Positions 17,713 to 28,262 are shown, numbered from the stretch's first letter. The stretch is 55,574 nt of DNA from Patescibacteria group bacterium (GCA_004321885.1 SCQK01000001.1:1-55574); one strand, 5' to 3'. The notes: generated by a model not told the origin, from the sequence alone. Numbers and translations are program-made.

Positions 17713-18996
17713 CTACTGCAGTAGGTCGTCAAGTTCGCATGCAAGCAGGGCTGATTTGTTTAATAATATCTGCTCATTTGGATTTAATTTGTCCGCTGTC
17801 ATTCTTATAACTTTGGTTGCAATTCCATTCCCGAGCATTACGTTGTTTGTTTTTTTTAGGTAATCCTCATTTTTTTTATTAAAAAGCGAGGCATACTTTT
17901 TTAATTTTTTTTGAGTCGCGGAGTTTGAACGGGCGTCATTGCCGGAGAATTCAATTTTTTTATCAATTTTTTTATCTATTTCTATTGGCAGGTCTCCTTC
18001 TCTAAATTCAATCCAGTAGTCGCTGGTGGCATAAATAATTTTAACAGCGCTACCTTCTTCCGTCGCGTATCTAAAAATAAAAGAAAAATTTTCAGTGTGA
18101 AAATCCTGGTGAATGGAAATTTTTTCCAGTTCTTTAACGGTGTGGATTTCATAATCGTCTAAAAGCTGCCGATAACTTTCACGCCAATTTTTTAGCCAGT
18201 TTTTGATATAGGTCTGATTCACGAATAATGGCGAAAGATCGTTATTGAGATTTTCATCACTCACCCTATTCATTTGTATGGTCAGTTTATCAAAAAGAGT
18301 TCGCACACCCTTCACCTCAATATTTTTCGCCGTTAGGTAATCAAAATCCGGCACGATTTTTTTGCTCATGTACCAAAGTAAATCATAAATATCCCGCCCC
18401 TTTTCTTCATAAATAGCGTCTCCTACGCCGCGCGTGCCGCGCAAAAAAATAGCGGCTAATTTGCTGGCCATCAAGGCGGACATGTTGTAAGTTAAGATGA
18501 CAAAAGAAAGCTGGCCATGGTTTATTGGGCGCCGATCAGTGACTGTCTTTGGAGCGCTAAAATGGTTGAGGTCTATTTTTACGTGCACCTGATTGGAGGG
18601 ATGGCCGAGATTGAGTTCGTTGCCGACATGAAATTTCAAAAGCAATCCGCGGCCATTGTTGATCTTAGTGGTCAGAAAATCGGAATTGGCTCCATACGTA
18701 TTTATGAAATATTTTTCAATTTCATTTTTTAATTTTTCCAAGAATTTATCCGTTACTTCGCCAATAACTTCAAAATCCAAATCCTCGGACATGCGGTCAA
18801 GTCCGTGGATTACGCGCAGAGCCGACCCGCCATACATAGTCCATTGGCTGTACTGGGCGTGGTGATAAATAAAATTGAGAACATAATACTGCAGTTCTTC
18901 TTTGAGAGAGACGCGCCGCGTCATGGCGTCTAGGCCGCCATAGGCGGCAAGGTCATCAAGCTTTTTTTTCAGAACCATTGTTATTTGTTCGCTCAT
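17713..18996 (-). CDS. abiEii: AbiEii/AbiGii-family nucleotidyltransferase toxin (type IV TA / abortive infection) with a ~130-aa C-terminal extension
   Basis: MYGGSALRVIHGLDRMSEDLDFEV is the DUF1814 NTase motif. Overlaps abiEi by 4 nt. Confidence 0.8.
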   Translation of the reverse strand: MSEQITMVLKKKLDDLAAYGGLDAMTRRVSLKEELQYYVLNFIYHHAQYSQWTMYGGSALRVIHGLDRMSEDLDFEVIGEVTDKFLEKLKNEIEKYFINTYGANSDFLTTKINNGRGLLLKFHVGNELNLGHPSNQVHVKIDLNHFSAPKTVTDRRPINHGQLSFVILTYNMSALMASKLAAIFLRGTRGVGDAIYEEKGRDIYDLLWYMSKKIVPDFDYLTAKNIEVKGVRTLFDKLTIQMNRVSDENLNNDLSPLFVNQTYIKNWLKNWRESYRQLLDDYEIHTVKELEKISIHQDFHTENFSFIFRYATEEGSAVKIIYATSDYWIEFREGDLPIEIDKKIDKKIEFSGNDARSNSATQKKLKKYASLFNKKNEDYLKKTNNVMLGNGIATKVIRMTADKLNPNEQILLNKSALLACELDDLLQ

Positions 18997-19607
18997 ACGA
19001 ATTTGCTGATTAGTGAATAAAATTTTTTCTGCTCTCCCGCCTCCATTTCATCAATATCAATTCGCAATTCCTTAGTTAACTTTTTAATCCCAGCCAATTT
19101 TTTGATGCCGCGGAACTGGCGAGTTCGGAAATACAATAAATCAAACAAGGCCTTGGCCGGAGAAGCGATAAAAAAATCAAATTTGCCTTTGAATAAAGAA
19201 AAGCCGGAAAATGATTCGTTATTTATGGACTGGTAAGCAAAATTACCGGCTTTTGATTCGTAGTCTCTCGTAACCTTGGGAGTAACCGAAGTAATGGTGT
19301 GTATCGCTTCGGTGGCCAGATTATAATACTGCAAAGCGGCCCAGGAACTTACATATGATGGGCTGCGGATAATATTTGCGAGAAAAAAAGAATACGAGAT
19401 ATCTAACCGGTTTTTTTCAAAATAATCATCCGAAACATATAGGCCCCTTTTGAGCCGCAGAATTTCCTTGTATTTCAAAAATCGGCTGATGTAGGTGTCG
19501 GTCGTGGTTTTGGCGAGCCCCATCTGGCTGGCGAGCTGGTAGATAGTATCTTTGCTGAAGTGGGGCAATGAATTTAGCTGTATTAAGAGGTTTTTCTTGC
19601 TTTTCAT
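18993..19607 (-). CDS. abiEi: AbiEi-family antitoxin / transcriptional regulator (type IV TA)
   Basis: N-terminal wHTH-like region, ~200 aa, directly upstream of and overlapping abiEii. A TTGACA-N17-TACGAT promoter lies upstream on the minus strand. Confidence 0.75.
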   Translation of the reverse strand: MKSKKNLLIQLNSLPHFSKDTIYQLASQMGLAKTTTDTYISRFLKYKEILRLKRGLYVSDDYFEKNRLDISYSFFLANIIRSPSYVSSWAALQYYNLATEAIHTITSVTPKVTRDYESKAGNFAYQSINNESFSGFSLFKGKFDFFIASPAKALFDLLYFRTRQFRGIKKLAGIKKLTKELRIDIDEMEAGEQKKFYSLISKFV

Positions 19608-19682
19608 ATATATAACAATATCGTATCATATCTGAAATATGCTGTCAAGGGCCATTAAAGAGGTATTGTTTTGGGGAGATAA

Positions 19683-20540
19683 TCATTCCACCAGCTTCAA
19701 GAGTCGTTCGTGCGAGGCGCTGTTACTGGCGATAAGCTCGGTGTCGGTGAGCTGCCAATCCTGGCCCGCGAAGTTGGTGACCCGACCGCCGGCCGAGCGC
19801 ACCAAAAGCACGCCGGGAAGCACATCCCACGGGTGGATTTCGCTCATTACACAGCCGTGGGCACGGCCGCAAGCCACATACGACATTTCTATGCCCGCCG
19901 AAGACAAGATTCTGAAGCGGGTTGTTTTTGTATTGAGCCGTTCAATAATTTTGAGGAGATGCTTTTGCGCCGCGTCCGAGTGGCCGCCGCAAAATAAAAA
20001 CATCTCTTTGTCGCCGTGGTTATTATTGCCTGCGACGTGAATTTTTTGCTTATTCAAATACGCGACGCCCTTGTCGCTCCAAAAAATTTCCTTGTCCATG
20101 GGTATGCCGATTACTCCGATGTCAATCGTGTCGCGGTCGGCGCGCGACAGGCAGGTGGCAAACAGACGAATGCCAAAGGCAAAATTGGTGGTGCCGTCCA
20201 GCGGGTCTATGAACCACATTTTTTCACCCGGGTTGTCTATGGGCCGGTCTTCCTCGCTGGTGATATCGTCGCTCGGGAAATGCTTGAGCAGTTCGGCGGT
20301 GATAAATTTGTTGGCGCTGAAATCCGCGTCAGTGACAATTTCCTCGCCTTTTTTCAGCTTCACATGGTCCAAACCGAATTTTTGGAATTTTTTGGCCAGC
20401 AGTTTATTGGTTTTTTGCACGATTTTTATGGCGATTTTGAGGTCTTTGGTCATAATTGTCATTCTGAGCACATTCGCTCCGCTCAGTGTAAACTCCGCGA
20501 AGAATCCCTGCGCTTCGCGTTTGTTTAAGGGATTCCTCAC
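19683..20540 (-). CDS. suhB: inositol monophosphatase family protein
   Basis: Contains the WFIDPLDGTTNF motif and the rest of the IMPase fold motifs. GTG start. Confidence 0.8.
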   Translation of the reverse strand: MRNPLNKREAQGFFAEFTLSGANVLRMTIMTKDLKIAIKIVQKTNKLLAKKFQKFGLDHVKLKKGEEIVTDADFSANKFITAELLKHFPSDDITSEEDRPIDNPGEKMWFIDPLDGTTNFAFGIRLFATCLSRADRDTIDIGVIGIPMDKEIFWSDKGVAYLNKQKIHVAGNNNHGDKEMFLFCGGHSDAAQKHLLKIIERLNTKTTRFRILSSAGIEMSYVACGRAHGCVMSEIHPWDVLPGVLLVRSAGGRVTNFAGQDWQLTDTELIASNSASHERLLKLVE

Positions 20541-21394
20541 CCCTTTGGGGTTCGGAATGACAGTGAGCGAAGTTTCTTCAAAGTTTTTAGATCCTCCCCT
20601 ACCTTGTCATGCTCGGTTTCCAGCACGAAGTTGATTTTTTGCAGGCGTTTGTCCGAGAGCAGGGCGCTGAAGCCGGGCAAGCCGATAAGCCCGTCGCCGA
20701 TATGCTCGTGGCGGTCGCGGCGGGAAGCGAATTCGGTCTTGGAATCATTGCAGTGCGACAGTTTTAGTTTTTCCAAGCCGATGATTTTATCAAATTTTTT
20801 CAAAGTTTCGCCTACGGCTTCGGCCGAGCGTAAATCATAGCCGCTGGCAAAAGCGTGCTGGGTGTCAAAGCACACGCCGATGCCGTATTTTTTCAGTTTG
20901 GGGTGGAAAATTATTTCCGCGATTTCTTCAAAGGTATCGCCGATTATTTCGCCGGTTCCGGCTGACATTTCTATCAGAAATTTAGCCGTGCCTTTGTATC
21001 CGTTAAGTATTTTTTCTAACCCTTCCACTAATTGCGTATAGCCCTTTTTTGCGCCCAGGTCTTTGTAGCTACCCAAATGAGTCATTAAGTACTTGGCGCC
21101 CAGTATTGACGCGCGTTCCAATTCCTGCCGCACTACGCCGACAGACGCGTGCTTGACGCGCGGATTGGCCGAGGCAAAGTTAATAAAATATGGAGTGTGA
21201 ACATAGCACTCTTTTTGTTTGGCCAGTTTGAGGTTTTTCTTGAATTCTTTCGCCACCGCCTCATCGCAGGGCGGCACCCACCCGCCCTGGGGCGAGCGCG
21301 TGAACATCTGAAAAACCTCGCAGCCCAGGCGGGCGGCGTTCGTCGGTGCATTGGGCAGACCGCCGGCAATAGATACATGAGCGCCAAAAAGCAT
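20537..21394 (-). CDS. nfo: endonuclease IV (AP endonuclease family 2)
   Basis: MLFGAHVSIAGG...CFDTQHAFASGYD...HCNDSK. The internal Met is preferred as the start, because the longer ORF running to 21439 would overlap tig. Confidence 0.85.
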   Translation of the reverse strand: MLFGAHVSIAGGLPNAPTNAARLGCEVFQMFTRSPQGGWVPPCDEAVAKEFKKNLKLAKQKECYVHTPYFINFASANPRVKHASVGVVRQELERASILGAKYLMTHLGSYKDLGAKKGYTQLVEGLEKILNGYKGTAKFLIEMSAGTGEIIGDTFEEIAEIIFHPKLKKYGIGVCFDTQHAFASGYDLRSAEAVGETLKKFDKIIGLEKLKLSHCNDSKTEFASRRDRHEHIGDGLIGLPGFSALLSDKRLQKINFVLETEHDKVGEDLKTLKKLRSLSFRTPKG

Positions 21395-21411
21395 AAAGAA
21401 GTAAATGCGCG

Positions 21412-22692
21412 CTAATTCAGGACTTTCTCTTTCAGCCATTGTACCACTTTTCTGTTCCCAATGGTAATGGCGATGGTATTTATTACTTCGGGTTTTTTCA
21501 AATTTTCTTCCACGTTCCGGTCGTCTTTGTAGCTGTTTTTTATCAGTTCAATTTCTTTCTCAATATCTTCCTTGCTGGCGCCGATGTTTTGCTCTTTGGC
21601 CACTTCCCTGGAGATCAAAGCCGCTTTCACCCGCTTGGCCGCTTGTTCGGCGAAGTCATTGTGTATTTCTTGCTCGGTTTTTTTCAGGTCAGCCAAATAT
21701 TTTTCCATAGTAATGCCCTGATGTTCCAAGGCGTGCTTAAGCTCATGAAACATTTTGTTTTTTTCCGCGTTAAGCAAGACCTCTGGGATGTCGCCGAACT
21801 CGCTCGCTTCTATCAGCTTGTCAAACATCTCAATTTCCAGCCGCTGGTCTTCTTTTTGTTCGGCTTCTTTGGCCAGATTTTCTTTCAAAATCCCTTTCAG
21901 TTTATCCAAACTTTCCTGCCCCAGGGCTTTGGCGAAGGACTCGTCAATGAGTGGGTATTGCAATTCAAAAACATCGTTGATTTTGATTTTGAAATCAATG
22001 TTTTTGCCGGCCAGATGCTTTTGGTAGTGGGCCTCGGGGAATTTAAGGGCGAATTCCTTGGTGTCGTCTTTTTTAAGACCCACCAATTGTTCGGCCAAGC
22101 CCGGAATATAGTGGGGTTCGGCCAGATAGACGGCGTGATTCTGGGCGTGTCCGCCTTCCACCGGCACTTTGTCTAAAAACATTTCCATGTTTACGACCAC
22201 CTTGTCTTCTTTGGCGGCCGCGTCGTTTTTGAGCGCCTCCTTGCCTTGCATTTTTTTCAAATTTTCCAGCACTTCGTTTACTTGCGCTTCGCTCACTTCC
22301 TTGGTTTGCTTCTTGATTTTTATTTTCTTCAAATCCCCCAGTTTGATTTTGGGAAACAGCGCCACCACGGCTTTGAAAATCAAATCATTGCCGGGCGCGA
22401 ATTTTTGCAGGGTGATTTGGGGCATGCCGATGGTTTCCAGATTTTCAGTTTTGACAGCCGCGAAGAAATTTTTTTCCACGATGCTTTGCATGGCTTCTTC
22501 CAGAATGCGAATCTCGCCCACCTGTTGTTTGACTAAATCATAGGGGGCTTTGCCAGGTCGGAAGCCGTGTATGGCCGTGCGCTCGGAAATACGAATGGCG
22601 GCGGCTTCCATGTCGGCGCGATAATCGTCGGTTGGCACGGTGATTTCAAATTCCACTTGCGCTTTTTCCAGTTGTTTGAGGGTGTGTTGCAT
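21412..22692 (-). CDS. tig: trigger factor
   Basis: N-terminal ribosome-binding region (GFRPGKAPYDLV), an FKBP-like middle domain and a C-terminal arm. Confidence 0.85.
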   Translation of the reverse strand: MQHTLKQLEKAQVEFEITVPTDDYRADMEAAAIRISERTAIHGFRPGKAPYDLVKQQVGEIRILEEAMQSIVEKNFFAAVKTENLETIGMPQITLQKFAPGNDLIFKAVVALFPKIKLGDLKKIKIKKQTKEVSEAQVNEVLENLKKMQGKEALKNDAAAKEDKVVVNMEMFLDKVPVEGGHAQNHAVYLAEPHYIPGLAEQLVGLKKDDTKEFALKFPEAHYQKHLAGKNIDFKIKINDVFELQYPLIDESFAKALGQESLDKLKGILKENLAKEAEQKEDQRLEIEMFDKLIEASEFGDIPEVLLNAEKNKMFHELKHALEHQGITMEKYLADLKKTEQEIHNDFAEQAAKRVKAALISREVAKEQNIGASKEDIEKEIELIKNSYKDDRNVEENLKKPEVINTIAITIGNRKVVQWLKEKVLN

Positions 22693-22703
22693 ATAAGCAA
22701 ATT

Positions 22704-22731
22704 GTCATTCCCGCGAAAGCGGGAATCCAGG
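22704..22731. repeat. palindromic repeat family A
   Basis: gtcattcccgcgaaagcgggaatccagg, upstream of tig. Confidence 0.8.
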
Positions 22732-22854
22732 TTTGTCTGTTCAAGTTTAGCGAAACAGCGCGGAAAAGTCAATTATAGCTTGGGGGATTGATATTTACGC
22801 GGTTTTGTGTTATTTAAGTAAAGTTCACCTTGATAACTCAACCAGGAGGGAGAG

Positions 22855-23382
22855 ATGTTTAGGATACTGTGTATTTTGGGCGACTGGGTCGACCCCGTGA
22901 ACCGGTTGAATCAAACAACCGTGTTGCGTTTGGAAGCTGGTCTTCGGGTGTGGGAAAAAGGTGGCTATGATGTTATGCTTTTGACCAGCGGGATTTCCCT
23001 CCCGCCTCACAAACAGACTATACCAATAGCTACCTTGATGAGGGAGTGGATGCTCGCGGCGGGAGTACCGGGGCATAAGATTGTGGCCGAGATTCGCTCG
23101 CGGGATACCTTTGAGAACATTGAGTTCTCGACCGCCATACTGGTGGAAAAAGGGCTGACCCCTGGCAATTCTACGCTCTGCCTCCTAAGCCACTGGCAGC
23201 ATGTTTGCCGGGCGGACATCACAGCCAAATCCTATGGGTGGCGCACCGACAATCTGCCGCTTCGCTATAGCATCGGGTGTAAGGGGTTAGTAATAGGTTC
23301 TTTTATGGTCATAGTCCATCTATTTGACCCGCGAGGCAAGGGTGTGATCCCGCGTTGGAATCGCGCTCAAAGGACTTTTTGA
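22855..23382 (+). CDS. DUF218 (YdcF/ElyC/SanA-like) domain protein
   Basis: ILGDW...LRLEAGLRVWEKGG...TSG...SRDTFENIEFS pattern, with a GGAGGGA RBS. Confidence 0.65.
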   Translation: MFRILCILGDWVDPVNRLNQTTVLRLEAGLRVWEKGGYDVMLLTSGISLPPHKQTIPIATLMREWMLAAGVPGHKIVAEIRSRDTFENIEFSTAILVEKGLTPGNSTLCLLSHWQHVCRADITAKSYGWRTDNLPLRYSIGCKGLVIGSFMVIVHLFDPRGKGVIPRWNRAQRTF

Positions 23383-23407
23383 TTGGCCCAAGAACAGGAG
23401 AGGACCA

Positions 23408-24013
23408 ATGAAGTTTGTCGCGTTGTTCGCTGTCGTCAGTGTCGCCGCCTGTGTCAGGCCTCCGACTCCAGTCGCGGCCACCACGGCCGCCGTGGCTATC
23501 GCTCCCAAGTCGGGGTGCGGCGTGGTCATGTGGAAAGTGATGCATATGACCGAAGACGGCGACGGGCGGCCGCCCCGGTACGTACAGGTGGAAGACCCAC
23601 CAGGATGTCTGCGCGACGGCCGCCCCGATGAACTTGACGAAGTTTCTATCCTCTTGTCCGTGCCTTCCAAAAAGGAGAGCCGGTTGGAGGCGCGGGCGGC
23701 CAGCTTGATTCTGATTGGACACAATTGTTTGCCGGTAAGCATCTACGACAAGCAATTTCCGGCGGACGCGGCTGTGTTGTCGCAAGAGGGCATGAGGCTA
23801 AAGTCGTTCGTTCCCAAAAGCAAGACCGCGGCCCTGCTGGTGTACTTGAATTGGGGCACGGAATTGGGGAAAAACGATGCGATGGTCAGGAGGGCCGGGA
23901 AGATTGTCACACACAGGGACTACCTACAGAACGACAAAGTGCAAATCCTCTGGTATATCCTCGGAGACAAGGATCCTTGCGTCCGGAAAAATCGCGCGCA
24001 GAGGATACAATAG
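23408..24013 (+). CDS. hypothetical lipoprotein in a GC-rich islet
   Basis: Signal peptide with lipobox MKFVALFAVVSVAAC, ~58% GC versus ~50% in the flanks, and a GGAG RBS. Confidence 0.55.
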   Translation: MKFVALFAVVSVAACVRPPTPVAATTAAVAIAPKSGCGVVMWKVMHMTEDGDGRPPRYVQVEDPPGCLRDGRPDELDEVSILLSVPSKKESRLEARAASLILIGHNCLPVSIYDKQFPADAAVLSQEGMRLKSFVPKSKTAALLVYLNWGTELGKNDAMVRRAGKIVTHRDYLQNDKVQILWYILGDKDPCVRKNRAQRIQ

Positions 24014-24109
24014 ATAATTATCACTGCGCCCCAGCCGCAGGTCAAGTCACACTCGTGACCGCTGGGTTGCTTTCTTTGCAATTCAGGGTGGATTGAAGAG
24101 AAAGACAAT

Positions 24110-26095
24110 TTACTTTATTAACAACCCCACAATCAACAGGGCCACGATGTTGGCCACTTTTATCATCGGATTGATGGCCGGGCCGGCCGTGTCTTTGTAT
24201 GGGTCGCCCACGGTATCGCCGGTAACAGCCGCCTGATGAGCGAACGAGCCCTTGCCGCCGTAGTTTCCTTTTTCAATGAATTTTTTGGCGTTGTCCCAGG
24301 CCCCGCCGCCGGTGGTCATGGAAATGGCGACGAACAAGCCGGTGATAATAGTGCCCATCAGCAGTCCGCCCAGGGCTTCTATACCCAAAAACCAACCAAC
24401 CAGCACGGGAATCAACACCGGAATGGCGGCCGGCAATATCATTTGTCCGAGCGCGCCCTTGGTCACGATGTCAGCCGCTTTACTGTAGTCGGGTTTGCCC
24501 GTGCCCTCCATAATTCCGGGGATCTCGCGAAACTGGCGGCGCACTTCTTCCACCACTTTGCCCGCCACTTTGCCGACCGATTCCATCAGCATTGAACCGA
24601 ATAAATACGGCAACAAGCCGCCGATAAACAGCCCGGTCAAAACCCACGGATTATCCAGCATGAATTTTACGCTGTCCGGAAGTTTGTGAGTGAAGTCCGC
24701 GAACAAAACCAGTGAAGCGAGCGCGGCGCTGGCAATGGCATAGCCCTTGGTGACGGCCTTGGTGGTGTTTCCCACCGCGTCCAGGGCGTCGGTTACTTCG
24801 CGCGCCTCGGCCGGCAGTCCGCTCATCTCGGCGATTCCGCCTGCGTTATCTGTAATCGGGCCATAGGCATCTATGGTCACGATAATGCCGGTAAGCGACA
24901 GCATGCTCACGGCGGCTACGGCTACGCCATACAAACCGGCCAGCCAAAAGGCGCCGAGAATTGAAGCGATGATAAGCAAAACAGGCAATGCCGTGGATTG
25001 CATTGATACGGCCAGACCGGCGATGACATTGGTGCCGTGCCCTGTTTCGCTGGCTTTGGCGATGCGTTTAACCGGGTTGTATTTTGTGGAAGTGTAATAC
25101 TCCGTAATCCAAACCATGGCCGCGGCCAGAATCAAACCGATAACTGAGGAAAGGTAAATTCTTGTCACGTCAAAATTTTCCGAACCGCCTATCAGCCAGC
25201 GCGTGATGGGGTAAAAAGCGATGAGCGATAATATGCCCGAAGCAATTAAGCCCTTGTACAGGGCGTTCATGATGTTTTGTTTTTTACCCAGACGGATGAA
25301 GAATGTGCCGATGATGGAAGCGATGATTGAAGCGCCGCCCAAAATCAAGGGATAGATAACAACCTTGTCGTTTCCGACAAATAGCAAACTGCCCAGAACC
25401 ATGGCCGCGATGACAGTAACCGCGTAGGTCTCAAACAAGTCCGCGGCCATGCCCGCGCAGTCGCCCACGTTGTCGCCCACGTTGTCAGCGATAACCGCCG
25501 GGTTGCGCGGGTCGTCTTCGGGGATGCCTTTTTCCACCTTGCCCACCAGGTCAGCGCCCACGTCAGCCGCTTTGGTAAAGATGCCGCCGCCGATACGGGC
25601 AAAAACCGAAATCAAACTGCCGCCGAAACCCAAACCAATGAGCGCGGACAAGTCATGGGTCAAAAGATAAAAACCGGAAACTCCAAGCAAGCCCAGACCC
25701 ACCACCAAGAGGCCGGTGATGGAACCACCGCGCACCGCCACGTTTAACGCTCGTTTTAATCCGGTTTTAGCCGCTTCGCTGGTCTTCAAATTAGCGCGCA
25801 CAGACACGTTCATGCCGATAATGCCGGCCGCGGCTGAAAGCACGGCGCCGACCACAAATCCGAAACCGGTAATCCAGTCCACGAATAAACCAAGTAAAAC
25901 AAAAACAACGAGCGCGACTACGGCGATAGTTTTGTATTGGCGCCCCAAATAGGCCTTGGCGCCTTCTTGGATGGCTTTAGCGACGGCTTTCATTTTTTCG
26001 TCGCCGGCCGGCTGTTTGTTTACCCAAACAATGAGTACCACCCCGTACGCTATGGCCAGCGCCGCCGGCAACAGCGCGAATAACGCGATGAGCAT
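24110..26095 (-). CDS. hppA: membrane-bound H+/Na+-translocating pyrophosphatase
   Basis: [41 protein letters not shown] and ~15 TM helices. Confidence 0.95.
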   Translation of the reverse strand: MLIALFALLPAALAIAYGVVLIVWVNKQPAGDEKMKAVAKAIQEGAKAYLGRQYKTIAVVALVVFVLLGLFVDWITGFGFVVGAVLSAAAGIIGMNVSVRANLKTSEAAKTGLKRALNVAVRGGSITGLLVVGLGLLGVSGFYLLTHDLSALIGLGFGGSLISVFARIGGGIFTKAADVGADLVGKVEKGIPEDDPRNPAVIADNVGDNVGDCAGMAADLFETYAVTVIAAMVLGSLLFVGNDKVVIYPLILGGASIIASIIGTFFIRLGKKQNIMNALYKGLIASGILSLIAFYPITRWLIGGSENFDVTRIYLSSVIGLILAAAMVWITEYYTSTKYNPVKRIAKASETGHGTNVIAGLAVSMQSTALPVLLIIASILGAFWLAGLYGVAVAAVSMLSLTGIIVTIDAYGPITDNAGGIAEMSGLPAEAREVTDALDAVGNTTKAVTKGYAIASAALASLVLFADFTHKLPDSVKFMLDNPWVLTGLFIGGLLPYLFGSMLMESVGKVAGKVVEEVRRQFREIPGIMEGTGKPDYSKAADIVTKGALGQMILPAAIPVLIPVLVGWFLGIEALGGLLMGTIITGLFVAISMTTGGGAWDNAKKFIEKGNYGGKGSFAHQAAVTGDTVGDPYKDTAGPAINPMIKVANIVALLIVGLLIK

Positions 26096-26183
26096 AGGAA
26101 TTTATCCCTCCCTATTAAAGAGGAGGACAATTAAAATTGATATTGCCAATATCTTATGCTAAAATAGCACCCGAGTCAAGCGT

Positions 26184-27494
26184 ATGCGTTACCGCTTACT
26201 TTTAAGAACTCTGCGGCTCTTAATTTATATTAAGAGGTTTTTTTGGTTTTTGGGCCGGTATTTTTTGTTTGTTTTCGGCTGGATTTTGAGGCCGCTCTGG
26301 CGTCTGTTGGGCTATCTGTTTTACAAACTGGGCTGGCTGTATAAAAAAATTGCCAGCGCCGGCAGTTTGGACAGCCAACTGTTGAAAAGGGATTATCTAC
26401 AGCTGATTGTTTTTGCCCTGCTTTTTATCGCGGCTTTGCCCCACACCAAATTTTTGGCATCTGCCGGCAGTTTACTGCCCGGGCAAAAAACCATTGCCTA
26501 TGCCATTTTCGGCCAGAATCAGGAATTCGCGGTGGAGGAAATAATAGCGCAGGAGGAATTTTATGAAACGCCGGCCTGGCGCGAAGGTTTGCTTTCGGCC
26601 GGCAGCAATTTGGGCGCCGGTGTTTGGCAAAAACAGGACTTGGCCGGGGCCGTGGCCGGCGGTACGGCTATTTCCAAGCCAATGCTTATTCCAGGAGCCG
26701 CTATTGGCGGCACGCGCGACAAGACCATAGAATACATTGTGGAGCCGGGCGATTCGCTGGGCAGTATCGCGGTTCAGTTTGACGTGGACGTGGCCACTAT
26801 TTTGTGGGAAAACAATTTGAGTGTTCGTAACTACATCAGGCCCGGGGATGTTTTGCGCATTTTGCCGGTCTCAGGTTTGACGCATATCATCAAGCGCGGG
26901 GATAATTTGAAAAAAATCACGTTGGCCTATGAGGCGAAAACGGAAGACATCGTAAAATTCAACAAGCTGAAAAGCGACGGCACGGATTTGATTATCGGCG
27001 AGAAAATCATCATACCCGGCGGGGTAAAGGCCGCGGCGCGGGCCATCGCGTCCGCGCCCAGAACCAGCCAGGTCTTCCGTCGCGTGGCCGTGCCGCCGCG
27101 CTCGCTGGGCGCGCCATCGCTTTTGGGATTTTTGTGGCCCACGGCCGCGCGCACCATTACCCAGTATTTTAGCTGGCGGCACAGCGCCTTGGATATTGCC
27201 GGCCCCATGAGCACGGCCATCTACGCTTCCAAAAGCGGCGCCGTGGAAAAATCCCAGTGCGGCTGGAACAGCGGCTATGGCTGTGTGATAATCATCAGTC
27301 ACGGCGGCGGAGTGAAAACATTGTACGGGCACAATTCGCGCCTATTGGTTTCGGCTGGCGACAGCGTGGAGCGCGGGCAAACCATCGCCCTAATGGGCAA
27401 TACGGGCCGTGTCTACGGGCGCACCGGCATTCATACGCATTTTGAGATAAATATAAACGGCCGGCGGGTGAATCCGCTGGGGTATGTTCGTTAG
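26184..27494 (+). CDS. membrane-anchored peptidase with two LysM domains and a C-terminal M23 domain
   Basis: Two LysM repeats (YIVEPGDSLGSIA..., HIIKRGDNLKKIT...) and the M23 motifs HSALDI ... GNTGRVYGRTGIHTHFE. Confidence 0.85.
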   Translation: MRYRLLLRTLRLLIYIKRFFWFLGRYFLFVFGWILRPLWRLLGYLFYKLGWLYKKIASAGSLDSQLLKRDYLQLIVFALLFIAALPHTKFLASAGSLLPGQKTIAYAIFGQNQEFAVEEIIAQEEFYETPAWREGLLSAGSNLGAGVWQKQDLAGAVAGGTAISKPMLIPGAAIGGTRDKTIEYIVEPGDSLGSIAVQFDVDVATILWENNLSVRNYIRPGDVLRILPVSGLTHIIKRGDNLKKITLAYEAKTEDIVKFNKLKSDGTDLIIGEKIIIPGGVKAAARAIASAPRTSQVFRRVAVPPRSLGAPSLLGFLWPTAARTITQYFSWRHSALDIAGPMSTAIYASKSGAVEKSQCGWNSGYGCVIIISHGGGVKTLYGHNSRLLVSAGDSVERGQTIALMGNTGRVYGRTGIHTHFEININGRRVNPLGYVR

Positions 27495-27570
27495 AAACCC
27501 TATAAGGAGGAGGACAGAGTAGGGGTATTCTTGATAATCAAATTAATAAGTGGTATCCTCTGAGGATAAC

Positions 27571-27643
27571 GGCCACGTGGTGAAGTAGTTAACACGGCAG
27601 TCTGCAAAACTGCTATGCATGGGTGCGACTCCCATCGTGGCCT
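27571..27643 (+). tRNA. tRNA-Cys (GCA)
   Basis: Hand-folded cloverleaf: 7-bp acceptor ggccacg/cgtggcc, anticodon stem gcagt/actgc, loop cTGCAaa, T-stem atggg/cccat, and U73 discriminator. The T-loop TGCGACT has G at position 55. No encoded CCA. Confidence 0.7.
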
Positions 27644-27650
27644 CGCTTTG

Positions 27651-27750
27651 GCGGAAAACAAAAAACCACCCGTAGTTTCCTCCTACCCAAATGCGCATCA
27701 TAATGCGTGCTTGGGCAGGGGCGGGTGGTTTTTCGTTTCGCCCCATTATT
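27651..27750. terminator. long GC-rich hairpin with T-runs on both strands (bidirectional terminator-like), copy 1 of a two-member repeat
   Basis: aaaaaccacccgtagtt...gggcaggggcgggtggttttt. Confidence 0.5.
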
Positions 27751-28160
27751 TTGTTTTGGTTGGGGGCGGCCCTCCTAGAACCGCCGGAAGCGTGTGGAGT
27801 AGCGTGATGTCTCATCGGTGAAGAAGTGGCGCACGCCCATTCCCAATAGGGTCATGGCCAATTGGCCACTGAGGCGCATGACATCTTGCGCCGCCCCCCT
27901 AGATAAACCCCAGAAGGTTTCCACCACTTCCCGCAGGGTGGCGATTTTCTCCATGTCTACCTCGGCGTGTTGTTGAGGGTCAAAGAACGTTTCGCCTTAC
28001 GGAGGAGAGTCCGCATCTGCCGCGATATCGCGTACATTAGCACACCCTCCCATACATGGAGTGAGATAGGCCACCTATTAACTGTCGGCCACATGGCTAT
28101 ATCCTTTCTTTCGTTGTTGGTTGTGGCTGTATCCGTAAAAGTATATCAAAGAATCGCGCA

Positions 28161-28262
28161 AAAAACAAAACCACCCGTAGTTCCCCGAACCACAAAGGGT
28201 TCAGGGGCCTCCTGCCTGAAAGGTCGTCTGCGGCGGCCGCTCGGGCAGGGGCGGGTGGTGAT
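28161..28262. repeat. copy 2 of the long hairpin element (shared ends accacccgtagtt / gggcaggggcgggtggt, different core)
   Basis: aaaaccacccgtagttcccc...ctcgggcaggggcgggtggtg. On the minus strand it is followed by a T-run, so it would act as a terminator for the small minus-strand ORF. Confidence 0.5.

Noticed and set aside
21395-21439. Longer nfo ORF starting at 21439
   Set aside because: It would overlap the tig 3' end by 28 nt. Nfo proteins begin at the conserved M-x-x-GAHVS, which matches the internal Met.
27543-27815. Minus-strand 90-aa ORF covering tRNA-Cys and hairpin copy 1
   Set aside because: It runs antisense through a well-formed tRNA and a terminator hairpin, and has no RBS.
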